The notes beneath the pieces were generated by a model that did not search any database, was not told the origin of the DNA, and was given only the letters and a program-made list of their open reading frames with translations. DNA of 63,731 nucleotides, counting the filler, from Stramenopiles sp. TOSAG23-2 (lineage: Eukaryota), in NCBI GenBank assembly GCA_900128395.1. It is 34 parts of 34 records of this genome, joined end to end, with 100 filler letters (N's around TTAATTAATTAA, not from the genome) between each part and the next. Parts side by side here need not be neighbours in the genome. Positions count along the whole stretch, not along the records: positions 11,333 to 13,119 come from LT652352.1; positions 13,220 to 15,006 come from LT652353.1; positions 15,107 to 16,893 come from LT652354.1; positions 16,994 to 18,779 come from LT652355.1; positions 18,880 to 20,663 come from LT652356.1; positions 20,764 to 22,547 come from LT652357.1; positions 22,648 to 24,430 come from LT652358.1; positions 24,531 to 26,312 come from LT652359.1; 26 more parts are not named here. The stretch is one strand, 5' to 3'. Of the stretch, positions 12,184 through 25,546 are shown piece after piece (within the stretch, counting starts at the first letter, position 1; each line of letters begins with the position of its first letter). Made by a program: the position numbers and the translations under genes.

Positions 12184-13119
12184 TTAAAAATCACAATCCA
12201 AAGAAAATTGTTGATCTTCTTCACTTACACCAACACCAGCTTTTGAATATTCGCCTACACGTTTTTCAAAAAAGTTGGTTTTACCTTGCAAGGAGATCAT
12301 TTCCATCCAATCGAATGGGTTGGATGCATTGTACATTTTAGATACACCTAATGCTTGTAACAAACGATCAGCGCAGAATTCAATGTATTGGCACATCAAT
12401 GTTGAGTTCATGCCAATCAATTCAACTGGTAATGATTGGGAGACAAATACTTTTTCGATTTCAACCGCATTGCCGATGATTGAATGAATCGTTTCCTCTG
12501 GTAAACGATTTACTAAATGATCTTTGTATAATAAGCATGCGAAATCACAATGCAAACCTTCATCACGTGAAATCAATTCGTTTGAAAAACATAAACCTGG
12601 CATCATACCACGTTTTTTTAACCAAAACACGGCACAGAAGGAACCACTGAAGAAGATACCTTCACACGCAGCGAATGCAACGACGCGCTCTGCGAACGAT
12701 GCGTTGTCTGCGTTGGTCCAACGCAAGCACCATTCTGCTTTTTCTTTGACGGCATCGATTGTATCAATAGCATTCAACAAACGCGTTTTTTCTGGACCAT
12801 TACGAATGTAAGTGTCTATTAACAAGGAATACACTTCTGCATGAATATTTTCGATAGCGATTTGAAAGCCATAGAAACAACGTGCTTCAGGCACTTGCAC
12901 TTCGTTGGAAAAGTTCATCAACAAATTTTCGTTTACAATACCGTCGGATGCAGCGAAAAATGCCAATACGTTGCTAATGAAGTAACGTTCGTTATCGCTC
13001 ATTTTATCCCAATCTTTCGCATCTTGTGCCAAGTCTAACTCTTCCGCAGTCCAGAAAGATGCTTCAGCTTTTTTATACATTTGCCAAATATCATTATGTT
13101 GAATTGGGAAAAGGAAGAA
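12184..13119 (-). CDS. RNR2: Ribonucleoside-diphosphate reductase small subunit (class Ia R2), 5'-partial
   Basis: [51 protein letters not shown]-terminal FSLDCDF. Confidence 0.98.
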   Translation of the reverse strand, partial: FFLFPIQHNDIWQMYKKAEASFWTAEELDLAQDAKDWDKMSDNERYFISNVLAFFAASDGIVNENLLMNFSNEVQVPEARCFYGFQIAIENIHAEVYSLLIDTYIRNGPEKTRLLNAIDTIDAVKEKAEWCLRWTNADNASFAERVVAFAACEGIFFSGSFCAVFWLKKRGMMPGLCFSNELISRDEGLHCDFACLLYKDHLVNRLPEETIHSIIGNAVEIEKVFVSQSLPVELIGMNSTLMCQYIEFCADRLLQALGVSKMYNASNPFDWMEMISLQGKTNFFEKRVGEYSKAGVGVSEEDQQFSLDCDF

Positions 13120-13219
13120 NNNNNNNNNNNNNNNNNNNNNNNNNNNNNNNNNNNNNNNNNNNNTTAATTAATTAANNNNNNNNNNNNNNNNNNNNNNNNN
13201 NNNNNNNNNNNNNNNNNNN

Positions 13220-15006
13220 CCTTTGAAATAGACTCCCCCCCCCCAATTTTCTCATTTTGATCACCATCGTCTTCGATTATGTCGTTTGATTTGGATATTG
13301 AAACCCCGACCCGCAGAATCTCACGAGTATGGATCACGTCAATGTTACCAGAAGCATCGTTATGAATTGCCAATGCTTGCCCTAACTTTTGAATAATAAT
13401 TCCAGTTTCCTCAACGTCGTTGTTTCTACTCAAATTGTAAACGACGTTTTGCATAAGTGCTGGATCTAATGCTTCCAGATCATATATCATATTAGGAGCT
13501 CCAGTAATGGTATAAAATACGACGCATGCGAGAAAAGCGGGTGCGATGAAATAGTAACGCGTGTTTGGGTTTGCGATCATTGGTATTGTTACTGTAATAT
13601 AATCTGCTAGCCAATTCACCCCGACATCCCCTGTAAACAGGTATAGGACTACGAAGCCAAATAAACCCGAGACTACAACAGCGGTAGCCCTCCAATTGGT
13701 GTAATGGCATCGTAAAACTTGAATATGAAATTTCAATGCAATAACATGCCGTTCTTGGACTAAAAAGCGCAATATCCCTGTTGCGAATAAAATTGCTGCA
13801 TATGCCACCCAAAGACAAAATCCTACGAGTATCAATACTGTCCAGATTAGCGCATAAATTGAAAGGAAAAATACCTTCAAAAGAGTATAAAAAAGTTTTG
13901 CTGGTTCATACAGCACTTTTCCACAAATGCTGGAACGGAAAGTTTCATCCGACTCCGCCAAAAAATGAAGGATTCTATATTGCAATTGGTACAAAAGTGC
14001 CACTATTCCAACACTTTCCCTATCATAAGCTGCATAAACTTCAACATTTAAAAGCAATTTACCAAACGATGTACGCTGAAGTTCTTTCTTCATTTCAAAG
14101 CTGTTGTCTTCCTCTTCGTTGTCGTCATCTGCCTTTGGTGTTTCTTTTTCGACGTTTGCTTCTACATCTTTTTCCTCGTCCTCTTTCTTCTCCTCATCCT
14201 CCTCCGTTGGTATGAATTGTTTCGATTCATCGTCATTTTCTTCATCTTTTTCAAGCACATCCTCAACGGGTTTCGCGGCAGTTTTATTTGCATCCGCATC
14301 TTTTTCAATTTGCAATGCTTCTACTGCAGCAGCTGAAGATTCACCGGCAATATAAATCCTTGGATTAGGATACTTTCCTCGAATCTGGAAAGCAAAAGTA
14401 GGTATATCATAACAGCGAACTGGTGTTCCATAACGAAGTGGATCTTTTTGCACTGTAATATATTCTTGCTGTTTTTCCGCACTTCGCAATGACTCCCACT
14501 CTTCCCAGTTATTTACTCCTTCAATCTTCATACCACTGCGTAATGGGATAAATCGTGTAGATGTATCTGCCCCAAAATCCATCGCATCCACGCCTTCAAT
14601 ATCTAGAGGTGCGTTCGCACAGAGATAATCCTTTGATCTCGAATCACGATTTGCATGCCGCCAAAACCACTGGCCAGCCTTTACGTTTGGCCCTGTCATA
14701 TGTGTAGAAAGAGGTTCTATTAAGATCCAATACTCTGCTTTGTAGTAATGACTAATGAAGCATGTGGTACGAAATTTCACATCAATGATCCCAGGGCCAA
14801 ATATAGTTACCCTTTCCTCCGCAATTATAGCATCATTTGCCGTTGGGACGTCGTGCCTACTTCGTTTGATCGAAACCTTCAAATTTATTGTATACTTGTC
14901 ACTTGTTGTACTATTTGGCCCATCTATGTCCAATAAAATATTTGTCAACACGAATTCACGAGCATTTGATGCAATATCATCATCCAATTTGAATTGACAT
15001 CCTAAC
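13220..15006 (-). CDS. Membrane protein of unknown function (soluble region, acidic linker, several TM helices), partial at both ends
   Basis: Open frame across the whole contig. Confidence 0.75.
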
Positions 15007-15260
15007 NNNNNNNNNNNNNNNNNNNNNNNNNNNNNNNNNNNNNNNNNNNNTTAATTAATTAANNNNNNNNNNNNNNNNNNNNNNNNNNNNNNNNNNNNNN
15101 NNNNNNCGGTGGTTTCATTGTCCATCTTTCACTATTAGAGAGAGAGAGAGATTATTGCCTCCAGTTACATTTTATATTCTTTTTGGTAGTATTAGGGATT
15201 ATCTCATGTGTGAGTAAAATTTAAAAAAGATAAAAGTATTGTGTACAATTTGAAATCTAG

Positions 15261-16838
15261 ATATTACATATAAATATTTTTAAGCGGACTTTTGTATTTT
15301 AAAAATAGAAAATTTGGAAATGATTTTGGAGATTTAGGCCACAAAAGTGATGTTGCTTTTAATATATACTCTCTGTAAGCTTTTTCAAGAATATTTGAAT
15401 TTTTGATAAATCTGGAATCTGGAAGAAAGGTCTTGGCTATCAAATGACACTTAATTTATACTTGAATGGGAAATTAGAATATCAGAAAATACTCATTTCG
15501 CCCATTTTAACATATTATTGTGCCTGGATTACCTTAATAATTTAACCCAATAATAAGCTCAATAAACAACAGCAGCACGGAAAAACGGTGGCAATAACAG
15601 ATATAGATATTATAATAGATACATTTAATAGATGATGTAAATATAGATGAAGCATGATAACAGAAGACATATGATTCTACAAGTTGGTAATACGTAGGCG
15701 AAGATGGGGTATCCACCAACACGTGAGGAATACAATGAACTTAGAAACAAACTTAAATTATTCGAACAAAATTACAAACAGAACAAGAATAATGGGGGTA
15801 TACAATCATGAAACGATCAATACAATAATGATACTACACACAAAACTATGAAGGAAAAAAAAAAGGCGAGTACATTTACGAACGTTGATGTGGAGTTAAA
15901 ATCTATACCAAAAGATAATCGTAAGAATACACCACGTCGAAATTCTTTGGCAGAAATATATCATAATAATACGGTACGTCGTAAAAGTATGATATTATTA
16001 GGTGAAGATGTTGTAATGGATGATTGGTTGGATTGGCGTGTAAAATGGGGACAACGTGGGGCAGGACTTTTTACTTTCCTTGCGTTGATATATTACATAT
16101 AAATATTTTTAAGCGGACTTTTGTATTTTAAAAATAGAAAATTTGGAAATGATTTTGGAGATTTAGGCCACAAAAGTGATGTTGCTTTTAATATATACTC
16201 TCTGTAAGCTTTTTCAAGAATATTTGAATTTTTGATAAATCTGGAATCTGGAAGAAAGGTCTTGGCTATCAAATGACACTTAATTTATACTTGAATGGGA
16301 AATTAGAATATCAGAAAATACTCATTTCGCCCATTTTAACATATTATTGTGCCTGGATTACCTTAATAATTTAACCCAATAATAAGCTCAATAAACAACA
16401 GCAGCACGGAAAAACGGTGGCAATAACAGATATAGATATTATAATAGATACATTTAATAGATGATGTAAATATAGATGAAGCATGATAACAGAAGACATA
16501 TGATTCTACAAGTTGGTAATACGTAGGCGAAGATGGGGTATCCACCAACACGTGAGGAATACAATGAACTTAGAAACAAACTTAAATTATTCGAACAAAA
16601 TTACAAACAGAACAAGAATAATGGGGGTATACAATCATGAAACGATCAATACAATAATGATACTACACACAAAACTATGAAGGAAAAAAAAAAGGCAAGT
16701 ACATTTACGAACGTTGATGTGGAGTTAAAATCTATACCAAAAGATAATCGTAAGAATACACCACGTCGAAATTCTTTGGCAGAAATATATCATAATAATA
16801 CGATACGTCGTAAAAGTATGTTATTATTAGGTGAAGAT
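15261..16838. repeat. Near-identical tandem duplication, period 829 bp
   Basis: 15261-~16009 repeated at 16090-16838 with a few substitutions (GGCGAGT/GGCAAGT, CGGTACG/CGATACG). Confidence 0.95.
15848..16102 (+). pseudogene. N-terminal fragment of a membrane-protein family gene (second truncated copy 16677-16859); paralogue of 35797-36548
   Basis: LLGEDVVMDDWLDWRVKWGQ shared with the contig starting at 35796; cut off by the duplication junction. Confidence 0.7.
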
Positions 16839-17248
16839 TTACGCATAATTTATTTTTAATTTACTCATGATAATTCCTACTCTTCAAAAGAATNNNNNNN
16901 NNNNNNNNNNNNNNNNNNNNNNNNNNNNNNNNNNNNNTTAATTAATTAANNNNNNNNNNNNNNNNNNNNNNNNNNNNNNNNNNNNNNNNNNNNTATCGCA
17001 CTTTAGGCAGCTAGCCATATCTAATTATTCTACAGGTAGGCCACTCTAATAATAATTTTTTTTTTTTCAAAAATTAAAAAATTATTGCTTATAGATCTAT
17101 GAATATAATATTATAAATACGAGAATGTATTATTTTTTAAACAATACACGTCTATCATTTATATATTTCTATTCTAATACCTAAAATTAATCACATTGAC
17201 GACAGAATAAAATATTTCTTTGTGGAAAACAAAAAAAAAGAAGAAAGT

Positions 17249-18102
17249 ATGCTCGGTGGAAGAAATATAATAGTCTTTTTTATTGCATGTGCATTTGCAT
17301 ATTGGCAATTCAGCAAAGCGAAAGGGCGTGCTGCTATTCACAGTCCGTCACATCAATTGAAAGTATCAAAACAAATGTTACAACATCAGCTAAATATGTT
17401 TGAGCATGAGATTTTAGACGCAAAAAAGATACAGTGATACAAACGCCGAAAGTTTTAGGCATATTAGTTGAAGATAGAGTTGCAACCAGGATATATCGTA
17501 ATAATAAAAAACATGGACGGAAAGCAAAAGGTTATGGACGATCAAGACATTCTAGCAGAGGTGGCCGAGGGAAACAGCCACAGCATGGTCGTAATCGCGG
17601 GCAAAAACGAAGACGGCATGGGGTGCATCCATCTAGAAGAAATACCGAAAGAGCAATACAGTATGAGCCTAGATTGAAACTTATCAAATATTCGACGAAG
17701 CTCAATAGGGTGGAATTTTTATTAGTACAAAGAGGTTTAATAACAAATCCACTTATCAACAAAAAAGATGAGAAAAAAAATCCTGATGGAAAAGCGCAGC
17801 TCGAATCTTCGGGTATACAAAAAATGGAGACAAAAGCAGAATTGCCAGAAGAGGAACTTAAAGCAAAGTCTGTGAAAGAGCTTGAAAAACGAGAAACGGA
17901 CAAAATCGAGGAAGAGAAAAAGAAGAAAAATGAACAAGAAAAAAAACAGAAAGAAGAGACTCGAAAAGCAAAAAAAAAAAAGAAGAAAAAGATGGAAGAG
18001 GAAGATGAAAAAAATAAAATTAAGAAGGAGGAGGAGGCTAATGATGAGAAAATAATTGACGCAACGATTAATTCAAATGGTGAGTCTAATATTGGCGGAT
18101 AA
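17249..18102 (+). CDS. Signal-anchor protein with K/E-rich tail; frameshift in A-run near 17425
   Basis: MLGGRNIIVFFIACAFAYWQF; one extra A joins ORFs 17222-17437 and 17434-18102. Confidence 0.55.
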
Positions 18103-19093
18103 TACATATTTTAGCATTTTAAAAAGCGTAAGATAAATAAAGCGTAAGATAAATAGAATGCAATTACGAATATGATATCATATGATATGATATGCATTAA
18201 ATATCATAACACATTATATATATATGATGGTTAAAATCTACGCGCGTAAGTTATAATATTTTTACACTTCTCATGTTAAGTAATATGCTCAATACTCAAT
18301 CGCAAGAATAATATGTTTATATATATATATATATGCATCAATTGAAAAACGTGTATTGTCCAAAGGTGTGTGATACGATCGTACATCGTACCGTGGTAGA
18401 GTATATCATGATCCTTCTTGCATATACAGTTTAAAATAGTATTGATATATATATATAAATTATGCGTAAATTTTTAATTATATATTTAATATATACGAAG
18501 TATATATATATATATACGACGTATATATTATATATATATATATACGTATATCATACTCGACTCGTACCAATTACTGATATAAAAGATGCATACTGCTGAT
18601 AATATAACTCATTACTTCGTAAAATATAATATATATACTTCGTATTATATATAATCATATTATATTATATATGATAATATATTAATTTACTTTCTAAGAA
18701 TACAATGACTGAGGCAATAATATCTATTTCACACCAATGAGAAGGTAAATAGATGGTATCAACTTGCAGTTGATGAATTNNNNNNNNNNNNNNNNNNNNN
18801 NNNNNNNNNNNNNNNNNNNNNNNTTAATTAATTAANNNNNNNNNNNNNNNNNNNNNNNNNNNNNNNNNNNNNNNNNNNNACACGTACGAACTCGTACAAT
18901 ATATATATATATATATTTATATTATAAAAATAGATTCATATTTCGTAATTACGAAGTCGTAAAAATATACGCGCGTAATATATATATATAATTACACGAG
19001 GCGTATGTGTGTATATATATGTGTGTGTGTGCTTATTAAATCAAGTTCTCTCTTCATTTCGTATGTGATATCATATCATATATATATATATAT

Positions 19094-19846
19094 TTATGAA
19101 GTACCTAATGTTCTTCCACCACCCCATGATCTAGTAGCACTACTACCAGTAGATACACGTGGACGTTGTCCTGGCATTGCTGGTGCATATCCATCAACCA
19201 TTTCAAATAAAAATGCTGGTGTTTGCAAATGAAGGAAACTAGGCCAATTTGGATATTGACGTGGTATCACATCGATCATGAAGTAATATAAATGACCGAC
19301 ACCTATGCCTAATAAATCAAATACTGGTGAATTTCCCATTAATATTGAAAAAGCTAATAATACCCATGGTAAATGTATACCTTGAAATGCAAATCCAAAG
19401 AAGCTAATTGGTGCAGTTGCATTTTTCCTACTCCACATATATAATGTCATAAATACTAATGCAGGTCCCATGAAATAAAATTCCATGAACGAAGCTACGA
19501 TGGCCATGATCAATCCACCGAACATCAACATAAATGCGAAATCGGCACTAGACCCTTGTATATGTGGACCAGCTGGAAATGGGTTTTTTTCATATTTAGT
19601 CGCATATCGTACAAGAAAATATAATTGAAATACAAATGGCAAACCAAACTTTCCAAAAAATATATAACATGTCATTAAACGCCATATTTGAAATTTATTG
19701 ATGACAAGGTTCCAATCCAAATACAATTGCACTGGCGATGCAAATCCTAATACCACTGCTACGGTTGATAATAATGCAGATACAAGCCATCCACGTGATA
19801 CTGGTGGTAATTCTTTAAACCAATCTTCTATACTATTCGAAGACAT
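19094..19846 (-). CDS. DER1: Derlin (Der1 family ERAD protein), complete
   Basis: FQIWRLMT, YMWSRKN, LPWVLL, GIGVGHLYYF, LQTPAFL, C-terminal SHP-like WGGGRTLG. Confidence 0.96.
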   Translation of the reverse strand: MSSNSIEDWFKELPPVSRGWLVSALLSTVAVVLGFASPVQLYLDWNLVINKFQIWRLMTCYIFFGKFGLPFVFQLYFLVRYATKYEKNPFPAGPHIQGSSADFAFMLMFGGLIMAIVASFMEFYFMGPALVFMTLYMWSRKNATAPISFFGFAFQGIHLPWVLLAFSILMGNSPVFDLLGIGVGHLYYFMIDVIPRQYPNWPSFLHLQTPAFLFEMVDGYAPAMPGQRPRVSTGSSATRSWGGGRTLGTS

Positions 19847-21037
19847 TTTTTTGTTAAAAAAAAGTATTTGATGTTGTATATTGATATGTGTATATATATA
19901 TATATATATGCAATACGTTTTTTTTTTCTTGAATGTCGAAATGTATGGTTTTAAATATTGAAAGAAAGAAGAGAAGAGGGAAAGGGTGATTAAAAATTGA
20001 TATTCTTTTTTTTTCTATATATATATATATATAATGTATGAACAATCAATTTGTACTTTTTGTATTCCATAATATATATATATTATCGAATATTCATATT
20101 AAAATCATGCAAGGCATGCACGACACGTATTGATGTGATGGATTTTGATGTGTGAAGACGACTTATAGCTTTTGTTACTGTAGCATCGACATAGCACTGG
20201 TAAAATTTCAATAACCAGGTCAAAAAGAACAGGTTTATTATATGCGCAGAGGAAAACTCTCATATCTCCTCTTTCATTTCTCTAGCTTAAAAAAGCTTAA
20301 AAATACTCCAAATATGTATGCTTTTTTTTGTATTCTAAAAGTATAATATTTTAATTCTATCCTAACATAATACAGGCTGTGGGGGGAGATTGGGTCTCTA
20401 TTCCTATAAGAAAAGTTGACTGATGATGATGTGCCTTGTAGATTAGCATATAAATAATGTTAAGTTTTATGTATATTAATATAGTAAATAGGTCAACAAA
20501 TCATACAAATCGATGAAACACCTTAATAATTTTATCGTACTTTTTTGATCCTCATTCAACTTTTCTTATATAGGATGATGATCATCTCGCCTGGCTCGCC
20601 TCGTCCATAATAATTGAAATAATAATAATAATAATTGTTGTTCAGAATTTTTTAATTTGAAATNNNNNNNNNNNNNNNNNNNNNNNNNNNNNNNNNNNNN
20701 NNNNNNNTTAATTAATTAANNNNNNNNNNNNNNNNNNNNNNNNNNNNNNNNNNNNNNNNNNNNAAGCAGGATGGAAAGCTGGAAAGCACAACAGTGCAAC
20801 AGCACAACAGCACAACACTAAAGAGCATTTACATTTTTTTTTTGTTTTATTAATTTTTAGCACTTTATTTTATTAAGAAGTAGTTGTCGTCAGGAAGTAC
20901 AGTACATATATTTAAACATACAAACCCAAAAAACAAAAAAAAACTATATATGCAACATTGACATACAGCAGTACCATTCCTAATTACATACAAAGGCAGA
21001 AAACAAACAGATTCAACAACCACAACATCAACATATA

Positions 21038-22547
21038 ATGGATTTAAAAGCAACGAAAAATAACAATGAAATAATAAATGAAAGCGACAAATTACCAACA
21101 AATACAAAAGCCATCTCGTCAAATACCACTCACAACACGATTAAATCTATTAATATAGAAGTCGATTCAACTATAATAAAGAAAAAAAAGAATATTCTAA
21201 CGCGTGAAGTTTCCGTCGAAATTTCAGAGAGTATGAAATATACATTTTGTAAACATGTTGGAATGCTTGGATTGGGTGTTATTTTTTTTCAACTTTCTAT
21301 TTGTGGTTGGTATATTTATATTATTTTTGGTTATACACGCTTTCAAAATTTTGATCGTGAATGGATTTGGTTATTTATCATTATGTCAATATTATTTTTT
21401 GTATCAACCATTGTATGTATTTTGATATGGAAAACATTTGCTAGGAAATATTCGAATGCGAATATAGAAGAAAAAAATAGCACCAACGATAATTACAATG
21501 ACCAATCTTCTGCTGCTGATGAAAATAATGGAAGTTATTCAGGGGTATTCACTTATATATATGGAATTTATTACGACGTATTTGACTTTAACGGAAAATA
21601 TTATTTGTGGAATTTGTATACATTTGAATGCATAGAAAGTTTGAATCAGTTGAATAATTTAGTTAATGTATATTCCTGTTTATTACCACCTGGGTGGTTG
21701 GTTGGTTTATGTGTTTTCTTGGGCATTGATAGTCTTGTCAAAGGTTACCTTACAAACAAACCAAATATACCCGAACATCGAGATTTTCAAATTCGCATGG
21801 ATATAGCAATTGATTTTTTATGTATGTCTGTTCCATTAATAATTATACGATTTGTTTTTGGTATGGCTATAAATGCAACTGAAATGGTTGCACTTATTTG
21901 TTTTCCTAGCATGTGTTTGTTGTCAAAATTATTTTCTCTATACGAAGAGATTATACACGCAAATTCTTATAAACATGTATTAAAGTTGCAAAACAGTATT
22001 GCAGATCGGCGTTCACGTCGTCGAAAAAGTTTATTTGTAAATCCTGAATTTATTGTAGCAGCAAAAAAACAAGATAACCATTTTCCATACAAATTAAAAA
22101 AAACGGTAGCAATATATTTTACCATTTATGGTATTTGTATGTTAATTTTTGGAATTATACAACTTGCATTGATACAAGGTAATGATGATATATGTGACAA
22201 AAGAATGGGATATTATGATGTTGATAAAAGTAAAAATCTATGGAAAGATGGGTGTACATTGAAAACACCATATTGTTCAAGATTATTAATACCAAAATGT
22301 GATTGTGCAGTATTGAATGTGGATAAACATAATTATAGTGAATTTCCAAAAGTAATTTTGAGCGATATGAAAAATATGAGATTTTTAAAGATGAATCATG
22401 GTCCATTAAATGGTTTACCTAATAATTTTATTGATCATGATATGACGAAAATAAATAAAATAGAATTGAATTATAACAATATAAATGCAATACCAGAAAA
22501 TTTTCTGAGTGGTTTGAAAGTTACATATTTGAAATTAGAGAGCAATA
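21038..22547 (+). CDS. Multi-pass membrane protein with C-terminal leucine-rich repeats, 3'-partial
   Basis: Several TM segments, Cys cluster CTLKTPYC...PKCDCAVL, then LRRs (INKIELNYNNINAIP). Confidence 0.85.
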
Positions 22548-22881
22548 NNNNNNNNNNNNNNNNNNNNNNNNNNNNNNNNNNNNNNNNNNNNTTAATTAAT
22601 TAANNNNNNNNNNNNNNNNNNNNNNNNNNNNNNNNNNNNNNNNNNNNAGAATATTTTCATCTCATTTCAATTTATTAAATGTATTCATCGATATATCTAT
22701 TTTTACAATTATTAATAATAATAATTAAAACAGATATATATCATATCATTTGCTTCTTCTAGTAGAATTATATTTTTGTGTCATATAATTTTTTAAACGG
22801 GTGCAATAACCTTCATTTATTTTTTTTTTAGAAATTAGAGCTAATAAATACATATATATATATATATATAGTTTTGAAAAT

Positions 22882-24237
22882 ATGGCTGAGGATAACGAAA
22901 ATCCATGGGTAATAGAAAATAGTCGTGGAACAAAAGTACGCGCATATCCTGCTGCATCCCCATCATCATATTTTGCAAATAATAATAATACAAACAGTAT
23001 GGCGATGACAAACGATGATTTAGATAAAATCATGGCGGTGTCATTAAAAAATTCACCATCAAAGACGGAAAATAAGAAAATAAAAAATTTAATCAACAAT
23101 GTTAAGGAACGTATGGCAACGTTGGAAACACAATATGATGATACTAAAAGTGTAATGACTGAAATGAAAGAATTATTATTAGAGCAACAAAAGCATATAC
23201 GTATGTTGCAAACAAAAGAAGCGGAGAGACAAATAATCCAATCCTACATGAATGGAAATGATAATAACTCCAATAATAGTAATATAAATAAGAAGCAAAA
23301 TAAATCAGGTAATTGTAATGATAATAGTACAGCAAATATTAATATACAAGTTCAAAAAAAAAAAGAAGAAGACAAAGTAAATATAATTAAACATCCCAAT
23401 AACAAAAACAACGATATTTTTGATAAAAATAATGATAATAATATCAGCTCTAATAATATCAATAAATTGGAAAATATTACTCGAATCCAACAAGATGATA
23501 ATATAAATAATATGAAAGATAAAATTATTAAAAATCTAGAAAAAGATATTGAGAAATATAAAGTTAAATTGCAAAATGCTATGGATATTTATGAGCAAGA
23601 AAAAAAATCAACAGTTTTTTGGAAACGTCGTGCAGAATCAAATGCAGATACGATAGGACATTTAGAAAAAATCATTCAACAACAGAAAAGAATTATAAAA
23701 CCTTTAATATCTTCTAATAATCGTAAGAGCAACAACAATAGCAGAGGTAGCAGTAGTAGTAGCCACCGTAGTCGTAATGATAGAAGTAGTAGTCATAAAA
23801 AGAAAAATAGAAAAAATAGCAGTGGTACTAAAGATAGAAAAAACAAAAAGAAATCGTCATCATCTTCAAGTCGTTCTTTACGATCTATGGAAGGTAGTTT
23901 GGAATTGAATTTAAGCTGGCCACCATTTTCATCATCATCTTCGTCCTCCGCCTCTTCATCATCATCGGGAGAAGAAGGAGAAGAGGAGGAGGAGGAAGAA
24001 GACAATAATGACGATGATGAGGTTAAAGAAAATGATATCCGTAATGCAGAATTAGAAAATAATGACGAAGAAACACAAGATGATGTGAACAATAGTAATG
24101 AGGAAATGGTATTAACTGCTTCACAAGAAGATTCATTTACAATTATACAAAAATTTTATAAAGATGAAAAAGATAATAATACTACAAATGGGAATAATGA
24201 CGATAAAGAAAAAAATAATGGAGATGTTGATTCGTAG
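22882..24237 (+). CDS. Coiled-coil, low-complexity protein
   Basis: 451-aa ORF with heptad-like regions and N-, S- and E-rich tracts. Confidence 0.8.
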   Translation: MAEDNENPWVIENSRGTKVRAYPAASPSSYFANNNNTNSMAMTNDDLDKIMAVSLKNSPSKTENKKIKNLINNVKERMATLETQYDDTKSVMTEMKELLLEQQKHIRMLQTKEAERQIIQSYMNGNDNNSNNSNINKKQNKSGNCNDNSTANINIQVQKKKEEDKVNIIKHPNNKNNDIFDKNNDNNISSNNINKLENITRIQQDDNINNMKDKIIKNLEKDIEKYKVKLQNAMDIYEQEKKSTVFWKRRAESNADTIGHLEKIIQQQKRIIKPLISSNNRKSNNNSRGSSSSSHRSRNDRSSSHKKKNRKNSSGTKDRKNKKKSSSSSSRSLRSMEGSLELNLSWPPFSSSSSSSASSSSSGEEGEEEEEEEDNNDDDEVKENDIRNAELENNDEETQDDVNNSNEEMVLTASQEDSFTIIQKFYKDEKDNNTTNGNNDDKEKNNGDVDS

Positions 24238-25546
24238 AGCGTGTTTATTTGATGTTGTGTGTGTGACATGGATAATATTCAAATGTGTATGATATCATAG
24301 TGCTTTAGAAAAAATATATATATAATATTATAATATATTATATTAAATATAAATATGGTTAAAATCTAAGTTATAATATTTTTATGTTTCTCATGTTAAA
24401 GTAATATGCTCAATACTCAAAAATGACAATNNNNNNNNNNNNNNNNNNNNNNNNNNNNNNNNNNNNNNNNNNNNTTAATTAATTAANNNNNNNNNNNNNN
24501 NNNNNNNNNNNNNNNNNNNNNNNNNNNNNNTTATTATTGTTAATATGATAAATATATTCATGTTTGGTAATATTATTTTCTATTGCAAATTTGAAATTTA
24601 TTCCTGAAAATTTCGACTAAATCACTATATATATATATTTAAAAGATATAATACGTTTGGATTGTTTACTACGTTAGCTATACTATGTATTTAATAACAG
24701 TAAGTATGAATATCGTGTTCCTACAAGAAAGAAAAAAAAGGAGGATAATATATGTCAAATATTATTGATGTTTCAACTATAAAGAGTCTCTTTCTATGTC
24801 CTACTGTCCTACTATGCATGCATGCACATTAATAATGAATGAATTGAAGAAAAATATCTATATATTTGTTAAGGCCTTTAGTTACTTTAACATTAAAAAT
24901 GTACATATGAATATAATTATAAAATTGTCGATTGGGATACAGATTCCCTTAACCTTTAAAAATTGGAACGAAATTTGGATCTTTTTTTTGGTTGGATCCT
25001 TTTATAAGACGACGGATTGGAGTTAATTTTTATTTGTATGGACATTTACTAATATTTTATTTGTATGGTTAATATGTTTTTGTAATTGCATCCATACGAA
25101 TATTAAATGGGCCATTTCACCTCATCACCTCGCTCTCCTCCGAATTGAATTAGATAGGATTTTTTTGTAATTTGATGAATTTGTATATGTATGTATAAGC
25201 TTGTTTGATTGGTATGACTGAGTGTGACATATACAACTATGTTATAGGTGTATATATATCAGATTATCAGTGAACAATATTGTGATCATTGATACTGCTC
25301 TTATTATTATTATTAGTGATTTTATTAATTTTAGATCTTTTTGATATTATTTTACATCAACATCATTATATCGAAACATTGTCATTTTATCATTTTATTA
25401 TTGCTGCTATAAGATTTTAAGAATTTAAGAATTTCTTTATTTTTCATTTTTGTTCATACCTAATTATCATTCTACAACCATTGTAGTTACCAATAATATA
25501 CCACGCCGTTCGATTCTTCTATCTATTCGAACATATTATAATCATT

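Noticed and set aside
12184-13119. RNR small subunit as a giant-virus marker
   Set aside because: Typical cellular eukaryotic R2 with host-like AT-microsatellite flank; no viral hallmark genes
17222-17677. Stop-codon reassignment or readthrough
   Set aside because: TAA, TAG and TGA all end genes at plausible positions; breaks are frame changes, not in-frame stops
17532-18107. Antisense ORFs rich in F/S/L (also 2848-3216, 14104-14355, 23793-24092)
   Set aside because: Shadows of K/E/D/N-rich coding on the other strand
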